Assembly (NCBI GenBank): GCA_963719315.1
Contig: CAVRBU010000004.1
Coordinates: forward strand, 192,001 to 256,000
DNA length: 64,000 bases
DNA from: an uncultured Planctomycetota bacterium
Lineage (GTDB): Bacteria > Planctomycetota > Planctomycetia > Pirellulales > Lacipirellulaceae
Direction of reading: 5' to 3'
Each line of letters opens with the position of its first letter. Position 1 is the stretch's first letter. Shown in pieces: positions 31,209-41,563 of the stretch. The translations under genes and the position numbers were made by a program. The notes under the pieces were generated by a model. That model worked only from the letters and a program-made list of their open reading frames with translations, ran no database searches and was not told the DNA's origin.

Positions 31209-31899
31209 ATGGAATCCGTGAATGCAAAGGGCCGCCCGCCTTGGCTGGCGCGGACATTCATTGTCGCGTTGGGTCTTGGGTTGTGGTTTCTCACGCAGTC
31301 GCTGATCGGTTCGCGAGCGCCCAGGCCGCTTCCGGAGGATGCTACGATCTCCGTATCGAAAGGAGACGTTTTGTTTCTCATCACTCAGTCGGTCAACGAG
31401 TATTTGCGCACATCCAGGCTACGCCGACGCGCTGCTCATCGCCAGCTCCGCGGTGATCGATGCACTCGGAATCTGGCTGATCGCGGCTTCGATCTTTGGG
31501 TCCACAATGCGTCCGTTCGTAGGTCTGTTGATCCTGTTTGGACTGCGACAGGTGTCGCAGGCGCTGTGCGTGCTGCCTGCGCCGGACGGCATGATCTGGC
31601 ACGATCCGGGGTGGCCATCACTATTGGTTACGTACCAAGTTGCAAACGACTTCTTTTTTTCGGGCCATACGGCGATCGCTGTTTTCGGCGGTTTGCAGCT
31701 TGCGCGTTTGAAATGGCGTGGGATGGTTGCGTTGGGACTAGCCGTCGCGGTATTTGAGATGGCAACCGTGATCGTGCTTCGCGCCCATTATTCGATGGAT
31801 GTGTTTGCCGGCGCGATTGCCGCCCTGTGGGCATCTTGCGCGGCGGATTGGCTGGCCCCAATGTTGGACCGCGCGATTGCGCGGCGAACCACGAAGTGA
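31209..31899 (+). CDS. Membrane PAP2-superfamily protein, sphingomyelin/IPC synthase-like catalytic domain (frameshift near 31407)
   Basis: NDFFFSGHT and AHYSMDV motifs; several TM helices; N-terminal TM segment in the preceding frame. Confidence 0.75.
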
Positions 31900-31904
31900 C
31901 CTGG

Positions 31905-31974
31905 GGATGGCCAGAGTGGAGCGCAGCGAGCCCCCACTGCACTGGGGGTTCGCTTCGCTCGACCCCAGCCACCC
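31905..31974. repeat. REP-like inverted doublet, family GGGTGGCTGGGGTCGAGC...CCCCCA (copy 1)
   Basis: Two 32-bp inverted arms separated by CTGCAC, between convergent stops. Confidence 0.8.
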
Positions 31975-31993
31975 GTTGCCGCATGCACGGTCG

Positions 31994-33711
31994 TCAATAT
32001 CCGAGAGCGATGCCGTCTTTGCGTGACTCGGTCGCGCCGAAGTAAACGTCCTTGTCCGCATCGTACCATATGGCCTGATATCCACCGAAGTCGCCATTGG
32101 TTTTTGCAATGTTGTGACCGCGTTCTTGGAAATCGCGAATCGACTCCGCCGGAAAGCCGGATTCGAGTTGAACCTCGCCGCCGTCTGCCGCAGCCGGCTT
32201 GCCAGTTGGTTCAGAGGAACCGAAGTGCCGGGCGCGAGGCGCGTCGCCCGCTTCTTGCAGGCCCATGTCGAAGTCGAGCAAATTGAGAAGAATCTGCACG
32301 TGACCTTGCGGTTGCATGTCGCCGCCCATCACGCCGAAGCTCATTACGGGGCGGCCGCCTTTGGTGACGAACGCCGGAATGATGGTGTGAAACGGCCGCT
32401 TGGCGGCTCGTAACTGTTCGCGCGGCCAGGCGTCAAATCGAATAACGCGCCGCGATCTTGCAAGCAACATCCTAGCTTCGGCGGACACACGCCCGAGCCG
32501 AAACCCAGATAGTTGCTCTGAATGAGCGAGACCATGTTGTGATCTTTGTCGGCGATGGTGAGATAGATTGTATCGCCGACCTCAAGCCTGGGATTGCCGG
32601 CGGCCACGTTTGTCGCCGCATGTTCGTGGTCGATTAGCTTGCGGCGCTCATCGGCATATTCAGCGGAAATGAGCGACTTTACCGGCAGCTTGGCGAATGC
32701 CGGATCGGCATAGAATCGCGCGCGATCCTCGAATGCCAGCTTCTTGGCTTCAACCAAATAGTGCAGATGATCGGCGCTTCCGAACCCCGCGGCGCGCAAA
32801 TCGAAGACTTTGAGCAACTGCAGCATTTGGAGCGCGCAAATGCCTTGGCCGTTCGGAGGAAGCTCCCACACATCGTAGCCGCGGTACTCGACGCTGAGAG
32901 GCTCGACCCATTCCGATCTATGCTCAGCCAGATCTTCGTAACGCAGGAAGCCGCCGATATCGCGCACGAACGCGTCGATCGAGTGTGCGATCTCGCCGCG
33001 GTAAAAGGCGTCCCGGCCATCGTGCGCGATTTTCTCTAGCGCCGTGGCCAACGCCGGATTGCGAAATGTTTCACCATGCTGCGGCGCGCGACCGTTTGGC
33101 AAGAATGTCGCGGCGAACCCGGGTTGGTCGCGATAGGTATCAGCGGCCGCGTTCCAGCTACGGGCGATGACCTCCGTAACGGCGAAGCCTTCGCGGGCGT
33201 GACGAATCGCTGGCGCCAATACTTTATCGAGCGGCAGCTTGCCGAATCGCTGATGTAGTTCTGCCCAACCATCGACGCAGCCCGGCACCGAAATTGTCAG
33301 CGGGCCAAGCGTCGGAATGTATTTCAATTTACGCCGCTGAAACTCTTCGAGTGTAAGACCGCGCGGGCTGCGTCCGCTGGCGTTGAGTCCGTAGAGGCGT
33401 TTCGTTTTGGCGTCCCACACGATCGCAAACAAATCACCGCCGAGGCCACAACTCATGGGCTCGGTGACGGCCAGCACGGCATTCGCAGCAATGGCTGCGT
33501 CGATCGCGTTGCCGCCGGCTTTCAGAATCTCGATGCCGGCGAGCGACGCCAGCGGTTGACTTGTGGCTACCATCCCGTTTTTGCCGACAGCCGGTGATCG
33601 TGTGACGAAAGGTCTGCCTGACGAGCGATCTGCCGCCAGGGTGCAATGTGCCAACCGGGCAAATGCAATCGCCGCAATCACTGTGGCTGGCGGGTTTCTT
33701 AAGAATTTCAT
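31994..33711 (-). CDS. ggt: Gamma-glutamyltransferase (frameshift near 32405)
   Basis: MVATSQPLA, GGNAIDAAIA, GLGGD, VPG.VDGW, PPNGQG, nucleophile motif GDTIYL, then KRPFHTIIP, GVMGGDMQPQG, SRKDG. Confidence 0.93.
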
Positions 33712-33825
33712 CGCGCGGATCTGTTTGTAACTGCTATTCTAATACCTTGAAATCAGGCGAACATCAATTCACAGTCATCCCGCCAAATATACCGCACCAC
33801 TACGTTTTTTGTCATAGGATCGGAC

Positions 33826-35235
33826 ATGATCAAGCTCGGGTTTTACGGCGCGGCGGGCGAGGTGACGGGTTCGTGCTACATCGTCACGACCGATCGAAGC
33901 CGCGTGATGGTCGATATGGGCATGCACCAGGGCGAGCGCGAGGCCGACGAGCACAACCGGCGGATGCCGTCGCTTAACCTGGCCACGCTGAATGCCGTCG
34001 TGCTTACACATGCCCACCTCGACCACTGCGGCCGGCTGCCGCTGCTCATCAAGAACGGCTACCGCGGCCCGATTCATTGTACGGCCCCCACGGCCGGCAT
34101 CACGGAAATCATTCTGCGAGATTCGGCCAAGATCCAGGTTGAAGATTTTGCGCGCCGCCGCAGGCACGGTCACGATCGTAAGAACGAGGCGTATGACGAA
34201 CCGCTCTACACCGAGCATGATGTCGAGAAAACGCTGCCGCAACAAACGACGATGCCATACGACGAAGTGAAAACCATTGCCGATGGAATCACGATCAAAC
34301 TCGTAGATGCGGGCCATATCCTCGGCGCGGCCAGTATTCAAATGGTGGTGCGGGACGGAAGTCGTGCCGTGACGATCGCCTTCTCCGGCGACATTGGTCC
34401 GGTGGGCGCACCCATCCTACGCGATCCGGTAACTCCCTTTCCGGCCGAAGTGTTGATTCTCGAATCCACGTATGGCGACCGCGACCACCGATCGCTGGAA
34501 GAAACCCGGAGCCAGCTACTGACGATTCTGCAAAGCGCACAATCTACGGGGAGCAAGGTGCTCATCCCCGCGTTTGCGGTTGGTCGCACCCAGGACATTC
34601 TTTACCATATCGGCGAATTCCAGCGAACGAAGGAGCTCGCCCCCATAAAAGTCGTCCTCGACAGCCCGATGGCCTCTTCCGTTTCAAAACTCTATACAAA
34701 ACATACTGAAGTGTACGACGAGCCGGCTTTGAAGATTCTGAGCGATCAGATGAAGCCGCTGAGCTTTCCAGGGCTGAGATTCACCCAAAGCGTTGAGGAA
34801 TCGAAGCAACTCAACGATGCCAAAGGGTCCATGGTAATCATTGCGGCCAACGGAATGTGTACGGGCGGCCGGATCATGCATCATTTGCGTCACCATCTGC
34901 CCGATCCAAACGCGCAAGTAGTGATCGTGGGCTATCAAGGACAAACGTCGCTCGGCCGCCGGTTGGTGGACGGGGCAAAATACGTTTCGATCTTCGGCAG
35001 CGATGTGGCGGTGCGAGCAAAAGTGCACTCGCTGGGCGGCTTCTCGGCACACGCGGGCCAGAGTGGCCTGGTAAGTTGGGCCGCTCCGTTTCAGTCGTCG
35101 AAGCCGCGAATGTTTCTTACCCACGGCGACGACATGCCGCGGAATACACTGCGGAAGCAGCTTCAGTCTCGCTTGGGTTTGGACGCTGCGATGCCGAAAT
35201 ACGGCGAGGAAGTCGAGTTGTATCCAGTTGGGTAA
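33826..35235 (+). CDS. Metallo-beta-lactamase beta-CASP ribonuclease (YSH1/TTHA0252-like)
   Basis: GAAGEVTGSC, THAHLDHCG, AGHILG, SGD, ESTYGDR, PAFAVGRTQ, GGRIMHHL, FSAHA. Confidence 0.93.
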   Translation: MIKLGFYGAAGEVTGSCYIVTTDRSRVMVDMGMHQGEREADEHNRRMPSLNLATLNAVVLTHAHLDHCGRLPLLIKNGYRGPIHCTAPTAGITEIILRDSAKIQVEDFARRRRHGHDRKNEAYDEPLYTEHDVEKTLPQQTTMPYDEVKTIADGITIKLVDAGHILGAASIQMVVRDGSRAVTIAFSGDIGPVGAPILRDPVTPFPAEVLILESTYGDRDHRSLEETRSQLLTILQSAQSTGSKVLIPAFAVGRTQDILYHIGEFQRTKELAPIKVVLDSPMASSVSKLYTKHTEVYDEPALKILSDQMKPLSFPGLRFTQSVEESKQLNDAKGSMVIIAANGMCTGGRIMHHLRHHLPDPNAQVVIVGYQGQTSLGRRLVDGAKYVSIFGSDVAVRAKVHSLGGFSAHAGQSGLVSWAAPFQSSKPRMFLTHGDDMPRNTLRKQLQSRLGLDAAMPKYGEEVELYPVG

Positions 35236-35301
35236 CTTGGGTGGAACGCAGCAACCTCCCAGCTGCACTGGGGGCTCGCCTTCGGCTCAACTCCAGCCAC
35301 T
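35230..35301. repeat. REP-like inverted doublet (copy 2)
   Basis: Degenerate left arm, GCTGCAC spacer, right arm TGGGGGCTCGCCTTCGGCTCAACTCCAGCCAC; between convergent genes. Confidence 0.75.
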
Positions 35302-35329
35302 CAATGGCCAAGGCAATGTGAAAAACGCG

Positions 35330-37495
35330 CTAATCCTTGACCGATGCGTTTTGCGGCGCGAGTTCCACGCACACTAACTCGTTTTCGCCGCGCAAAAACA
35401 GCCGCGTATCGACGAGCGCTGGGTAGCCCAGAAGTTGCGATTGGTTCGACTTGGGATTGTCGAACAACTTGAGCCGCGACACAACACGAAATTCGTTGGC
35501 CGCGGCGTCCACTAAGATTAGCTCGCCACCTAAGCCAACGGTCAGTATTCGATTGCCAGAGGCGATGAGCGGCGCGTAGTCGCCGAACGCCTTATCGTCG
35601 CCGATCCAGATCGGGCGCAATCCGTTTCCGAGGTCCAGGCAAAACATGTGCTCGGAAACGCAAAATGCCCGGTTGCCAACGACAATGGGCGTGCTGATTT
35701 CGGACGCAAGCGATTCATTGAGGGCCGCAGGCCGAGAAACGATCTGACCTTCGCGATCAAATTCGTACAGCCGCGTGAAATTGTTCTCTGTCGTCACGAG
35801 GAGCCGGCCATCGGCGGCCACCGGCGTGGGGACGTTGAAGTCGCCTTGATGAGGCGGCTTGAGCGTCCACAGCCGGCGGCCGGTTGCGATCTCCCATCCG
35901 CCGAGTGACGAGCGATCGTAACCCACCAATTGTCGCACGCCTCCCAACGTCGCGACGATGAAGGAACCATACGCGTGTCGGTCACCCGGCGACTGCCATA
36001 TCACCTTGCCCGTCAGCGGATCGAGTGCGACCAAGGAAGCATCGGGTCCGCCCGGGTTAATGATGAGTTTGCCGTCGACGATCAAAGGCGACGAACAAGT
36101 TCCCCAGACGAGATCAGGATCGCCCGCGAATTTTTCAATTACATTCGTGCGCCAGATCGTGATACCGCTTTCCAAATCGGCACACGTTAGATGCCCGAAA
36201 GCGCCGAATAAATAAACGCAATTGCCGCCGATGAGCGGTGTCGCACGGGGCATGTTGTCGTAATCGAGAGAGCCCGCGGCCGGATATTGCACAGACCACA
36301 GCAGTTCCCCGTCAGCCGCCGAATAGCAACGGAAATCGTCGGCCGAATTGCTGATGTCCCGGTCGCCGATTATGACGACCTTCTCCGTAGCGGCGATGCC
36401 CCCAAGGCCCGGCCGTTGGAGCGGTTGCCGCCAGACGATGGCCGCCTCCGCGGGCAGCGTGTTCGGCAGGGAAGGCACGCGACCGTCTCGCGTCGGTCCA
36501 CGCCACCCGGGCCACGTGGAAGCGGCTTTGATGTCGGCCGGCGGCTCGGCGGCGTTAGTAGCCTCTGATTTTTGAGGCTTATTGGAGGGCGTGCCGGCGG
36601 CCTTTTTTGCTTCCGCACTTACCGATTTCCGCAGCGCGCGATATTCATCGTCGATCGCGATGAATCCTGTCAGCGTTTCCAGCGCGGCCTTTAGTTCTGG
36701 CTTCTGGCCAACGTCCAAAAGCGCTTGGCGCAGCTCTTTTCGGACGGCGGAGTCTAGTCGATTGGTGGCGAACGCCGTAATGAACGGCACCTGCATGGTT
36801 TCTCCAACGACACGCAGATCGCCTTTCTTGACCGTGCCGCACCCCTCTAAAAGCGGCGCTGCGTAGCTGGAAATGACGGCGGCAGCGTGCTGGGAGTCGC
36901 CCCAATCGATGATCTTGCAGGCTCCGTCGCTGCACGCCTGCGATGTCTCTGCAGCGTCGACGGCCGGCACTTCGACGCCGGCGCTAACTAACGCTTCGCG
37001 CACGGCCGCAAACTTCTCATCGCATTCCTGGGGACCAAATAGAATTCGGTAGCCCTGCAAATCCTCTAATTGCTGGGCGCGATCGGCCGACCGCACCACG
37101 ATCAAACCGTTTTGCGTCGTCTTTCCATCCTGGCCGGTCAAGCGGGCCAGCGGCCTGACTTTCAACTTTGCGAGCGTCGCATCATGCCGCACGACCGAAT
37201 CTTTGCCAATGGCGATGTCGATCGTTTTGCAGTTCTCTTTCGCGAGAGCTTTCTCAAATGATTCGGCAAAGGTTACGTTCACGGGTCGACCTAGCCGCTC
37301 GGTCAAATACTCGGCGAGCTTTTCATATTTTCGCTGAGCGTATCCCTGCACGCAGGGGCACGACAGCGGCTCGGCCAGCGGGTCCATCACCACGAGCGAA
37401 AGCGCCTGGTCTGCCGGGGCAGGAGTTTTCGCGTCGTCCGCGAGGACCACGGCCGACATCATCCAACAGGCGGCGATTGCATAAAGAGCGCGCAT
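35330..37495 (-). CDS. Secreted PhnD/SsuA-like substrate-binding domain fused to a PQQ-like (BamB-type) beta-propeller
   Basis: Signal peptide; periplasmic-binding-fold-like N-half with SCPCV, ACSDGAC and EGCG; WPGWRGP and repeated xxG..xW propeller motifs in the C-half. Confidence 0.75.
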   Translation of the reverse strand: MRALYAIAACWMMSAVVLADDAKTPAPADQALSLVVMDPLAEPLSCPCVQGYAQRKYEKLAEYLTERLGRPVNVTFAESFEKALAKENCKTIDIAIGKDSVVRHDATLAKLKVRPLARLTGQDGKTTQNGLIVVRSADRAQQLEDLQGYRILFGPQECDEKFAAVREALVSAGVEVPAVDAAETSQACSDGACKIIDWGDSQHAAAVISSYAAPLLEGCGTVKKGDLRVVGETMQVPFITAFATNRLDSAVRKELRQALLDVGQKPELKAALETLTGFIAIDDEYRALRKSVSAEAKKAAGTPSNKPQKSEATNAAEPPADIKAASTWPGWRGPTRDGRVPSLPNTLPAEAAIVWRQPLQRPGLGGIAATEKVVIIGDRDISNSADDFRCYSAADGELLWSVQYPAAGSLDYDNMPRATPLIGGNCVYLFGAFGHLTCADLESGITIWRTNVIEKFAGDPDLVWGTCSSPLIVDGKLIINPGGPDASLVALDPLTGKVIWQSPGDRHAYGSFIVATLGGVRQLVGYDRSSLGGWEIATGRRLWTLKPPHQGDFNVPTPVAADGRLLVTTENNFTRLYEFDREGQIVSRPAALNESLASEISTPIVVGNRAFCVSEHMFCLDLGNGLRPIWIGDDKAFGDYAPLIASGNRILTVGLGGELILVDAAANEFRVVSRLKLFDNPKSNQSQLLGYPALVDTRLFLRGENELVCVELAPQNASVKD

Positions 37496-37571
37496 AATTT
37501 CACCTGACTGAAGTGTGACAAGCGATCAAAATCGAGACAATTGCGGAACAATCAATCATCGCGCCGGCCCA

Positions 37572-39224
37572 TTAGTCTTTCGACGGAGCGACAGGAGCAA
37601 TGAGCGCCCTTAAGCCGCTTAGAATGATTCGTTGTGTAGCTGCCGACTTTGGCGTCGCGGCATCGGCCCCGGCTTCGGTCTGGGGTTTAGCTGCCGGAGG
37701 CGAGTCTTTCAGTGCTTTCACCTCAGTGGCAACCTCTTCGGCCGGTCGCGCATCCATTTTTACCAGGTAATTGCGCGTGATATCGAGCATGTAGACCCGG
37801 CTGCCGTCGCTACTCACGGCGATCGAGACGTTTTTGCAACCCGGCTTGAGCTCGACCGCCCCTACCAATCCGAGCAGTTTGCCTTCCGGCGAATACCGCT
37901 TGATGCGACCCGTATCGTCCTCAGCCGTGTAAATGGCACTGCCGGGACCAAAGGCCACGTTCATCGGATTGCAACAGCTTCCAAAACCTTCCAGGCCCGT
38001 CCGAGCGCTAACGCCCCAGGCACCCAGTACTTTACCGTCGCGATCGAAGCGGCGGACGCGATGGCGAGAGTTCTCCGCGACGAATACGCCATCCTTATTG
38101 GCCTTTACGTCCATCTGGCCGCAGCAGCCGCTCAAATCCTTGACGATCAGGGCCGCTGCGCCGAAATCGTCGTCCATCCGCCAAATATCGAATCCGTAGC
38201 CAGTGGCCGCGTGGGTCGCCAGAAACACGTCGTCGCCCGTGGCGCTGATCGAGGACACTTTCTGTTTCGATGCCATCGAAGCTTTGACTTGCGCGTCGAT
38301 CTGCGCATCGGTCAGCGCGCCGTTGGGACCGGTTTTCATCATCTCTGCCCATTGCTCTTTGGCGTTGCCAAGAGCTTCCTTTTGCCTGCTGTACATGGCC
38401 AGTCGTTGCTCTAACAAGGCTTTGTTTTGCAAGCCTCGCCGGACGAAGTTCGGATTTTTCGAATCTGTTTGGTTGTCGGTCTTATTCGCCTCGCTGTCGG
38501 ACGGCTTCTCCAATGCCGCAATCTGTTCCTTGATGGCAGCGATTTCCTTATCCGCACGCTCGATCATTTGGTCGTACACTTTTGATTGCTTGCCAAGTTG
38601 TTCTGCCCGCTGCTTGGCTTGAGCAATCACATCCTCGCGCAACTTTTCTGGGTGCGCGTTGAGTGCCGCGAAGTGGGGGGCCTCCTTCTTCAGTTCGACG
38701 GCTCCCTTCGCCGAAAGCTTAACGACTTGTCCGTCACCGGCGACGAAGATCATCCCATCATCGCGCGCGTATATCGCTTCCGGGTTAACCGGTATCTTCC
38801 ACGTGTCCACGTATTCGCCGTCAGCATCAAATACGCGAATCTCGCCGGATTCGCCCGTACCGCCGGCCAGAATTCGGTCATCTGGCGTCAAACAGAAGCA
38901 CACCAACTTGATCGGCTTCTGCCCTGTTACATTGACTTGAAGTGTGCTCGACTGGCGATGCGTTGGAACAACAATGGCTTTATCAAGTTTGGAGTCGTCG
39001 CCGGCCCCGTTCGCGGGCGGCGTCGCGCTGGGAGCGACTTTCGACAATTTGAATTGAATGGTTCTCGGGGCGATAACCGGCTTCGCGACCTTGTTGGCAG
39101 GTGGAGTGGCTTCCTTGGCGTCCTCACCCCAAGCGGTACTCATGATTCCGAAACACAGGACCGGCAGTGCAAACGAGCAGAACAGCAAGAGCGTCCAAGA
39201 CCGAGAGCGTGTTACGCGGCGCAT
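37572..39224 (-). CDS. Secreted NHL-like beta-propeller protein with a coiled-coil insert and vicinal Cys motifs
   Basis: Signal peptide; IRVFDADG, VRRFDRDG and IKRYSPEG repeats; GCCGQMD, GSCCNPMN, PGCKNV; helical K/E/Q-rich middle. Confidence 0.7.
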   Translation of the reverse strand: MRRVTRSRSWTLLLFCSFALPVLCFGIMSTAWGEDAKEATPPANKVAKPVIAPRTIQFKLSKVAPSATPPANGAGDDSKLDKAIVVPTHRQSSTLQVNVTGQKPIKLVCFCLTPDDRILAGGTGESGEIRVFDADGEYVDTWKIPVNPEAIYARDDGMIFVAGDGQVVKLSAKGAVELKKEAPHFAALNAHPEKLREDVIAQAKQRAEQLGKQSKVYDQMIERADKEIAAIKEQIAALEKPSDSEANKTDNQTDSKNPNFVRRGLQNKALLEQRLAMYSRQKEALGNAKEQWAEMMKTGPNGALTDAQIDAQVKASMASKQKVSSISATGDDVFLATHAATGYGFDIWRMDDDFGAAALIVKDLSGCCGQMDVKANKDGVFVAENSRHRVRRFDRDGKVLGAWGVSARTGLEGFGSCCNPMNVAFGPGSAIYTAEDDTGRIKRYSPEGKLLGLVGAVELKPGCKNVSIAVSSDGSRVYMLDITRNYLVKMDARPAEEVATEVKALKDSPPAAKPQTEAGADAATPKSAATQRIILSGLRALIAPVAPSKD

Positions 39225-39507
39225 GATAGGCCTCCGTGAAAAGGAAATTGACCGGAACCGAGGGGGCAGCGTGTCATTTTACATGGGGGGTGCGTATTGC
39301 ATAATGGTGCCAGCGACGATCGTGGAAATCCAGCGTCAAACCCCGGCCGGTTGCGAAGCACAGGCGGTGTAGCAGGCCGAAAGCTTCTAGCCGGCACTTA
39401 AAACTCAATAGGTATTCGTAGGGGGCGGCCCCTTCTTAGCCCACGAAACGGCCGCCTCCGCATAATCTTTGACGCAGCCCAATTTCACCCAGTTCCCGTA
39501 ACTTACG

Positions 39508-41519
39508 ATGATTCGACTTTCCAGCACATTTTATTGCTTACAATTCCCGCGCCGTCCCGCCGGCCTCCGCTTGCGCTTAGCTCAATTCGCCGGCCAAATC
39601 GCCGTAATTTCTTTGGCTGTTCTTAAGATCGCCCCTGCTTTCAGTCAGGAACCCAAGTTTCCGCCCAAGGTCTCCCTGGAGGAAATCGAGCACCGCATTC
39701 ACGAATGTAAGCCCGAGCATCCCCGACTCTTCGCCACACGAAGCGAGTTGGCGAATCTGTCGAAGACAGTCGCAAGCGATCCACTGCGAAAGCAACTTGC
39801 CGATGCCGTCGTTGCCCAAGCCAACTTGCTTCACGATGAAAAGCTCGTCGAACGGCAATTGGTGGGGCGTCGATTGCTGGGAGTCTCTCGGACGTGCAAG
39901 GACCGTGTGCTCGTCTTGGCAACGGCGTATTACCTGACGGGCGATGAGCGACATGCTGAGCGCTGCAAGGAGGAAATGCTGGCAGCAGCACGGTTTTCAA
40001 ATTGGAATCCGTCGCACTACTTGGACGTTGCGGAGATGACAACTGCTCTGGCTATCGGCTACGACTGGTTGTACGACCAACTCGATCCCGCGAACCGGCA
40101 GGAGATTCGCAAGGCGATTGTTGAGAAAGGTATTCGCGTACCGTTTACAACCAATTACAACGGCTGGGTTCATAGCACTAACAATTGGGGGCAGGTGTGC
40201 CACGGTGGTATGACGATCGGGACTCTCGCCGTGCTCGAGGACGAGCCGGAGCTGGCGGCGAAAACCGTGCACAGCTGCGCTGCAAAACATCGTGTTGTCG
40301 ATGGCAGCGTATGCGCCGCGAGGCAGTTACCCCGAAGGTCCTAGCTACTGGTCGTTCGGCACCGGCTATAATGTTTTGCTGATCGACGCGCTCGAGCACA
40401 CGCTGGGTACAGACTTCGGGTTGTCGGCCGCTCCCGGATTCGCCGAGACGGGTGGCTACCCAACGTTGGCATGTGGCCCTTCCGGACAATTCTTCAACTA
40501 CTCCGATGGCAGCGCCGTGCGCGGGCCGTCCGCGATCCGGTTCTGGTTTGCAGCGCGCTATCATCGCCCCGACTGGCTGCTGGGGGAGCGAGCACTTTGG
40601 TCGAATGCGGTTTCGCGGCCGGAAAAAGCTACGCACAAAGGTCTGGGTGCGTTCGCGCCTCTGGCGCTACTATGGATGAGCGGCTCGGAAAAAGAAGCGC
40701 CGGTCCGCCTGCCGCTCAATTGGTCCAGCGGCGGGAAAGTGCCGATCGCGATCCTACGAAGTTCGTGGACCGATCCTCGCGCGACATTTGTCGGACTGAA
40801 GGCGGGTTCGCCATCCTCCAATCACGGCCACATGGACATCGGTTCGTTCGTGCTCGATTGCGATGGTGTTCGCTGGGCCGAAGATCTCGGGGCCGAAGGC
40901 TACTATGGAATCGAATCGCGAAATATGAAACTATGGGATCGCGAACAAAACTCTGATCGATGGACCATTTTTCGGCTCAGCAACTTGGGTCACAACACCC
41001 TCGTGATTGACGGGCAGCTCCAGCGGGCGAATGGCAACTGCGCCGATGGTCGAATTCTCCGACGACTCGGTCCACCCGTTCTCGATCGTAGATATGACGC
41101 CGGTTTACAAGAAGCAGGTCGAGTCGGCGCGGCGCGGAATTGCTCTGCTCCCGTCACACGAGGTGTTGATTCAGGATGAATTAACGGGGCTACGGCCCGG
41201 AAGCCGCGTACGATGGGGAATGATCACGCCTGGCACACCAGAGCGGCTTGGGAAGCAAGGTCTCCTGTTGCACCAGGAAAAAGAGGGGCTTAAGTTAGCG
41301 ATCGTCTCTCCGAAGACACGGGGCTGGACGCAAATTGAAACAGAAACTCCGCCGCACGAATGGGATTCGCCCAACCCTGGCACCCGGATGGTGACTTTCG
41401 AGGCCACGGCGCCGGAATCGGGAAAGTTGACGCTGGTGGTTACCGCGACACCGGGCTCGTGTGGCGACCCGGTGGCGAGTAAGCTGCCGATTGTTCCACT
41501 AAATAAGTGGGTGGAATAG
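39508..41519 (+). CDS. Heparinase II/III-like polysaccharide lyase family protein (frameshifts near 40277 and 41040)
   Basis: HPRLF, HYLDVAEM, NNWGQVC, YPEGPSYW, NHGHMDIGSFV, HNTL spread over three consecutive frames. Confidence 0.82.
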
Positions 41520-41563
41520 GAAACCATGACACTAAACGCCGGCATCTTCGGCACGAGGCCATA

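Noticed and set aside
33826..35235. Beta-CASP nuclease (or hrpB) as part of an anti-phage defence system
   Set aside because: Both look like ordinary stand-alone housekeeping homologues with no defence-type neighbours.
39297..39313. Sigma-54-like TGGCACCATTATGC on the minus strand upstream of the NHL-like gene
   Set aside because: GG-to-GC spacing is 9 rather than 10.
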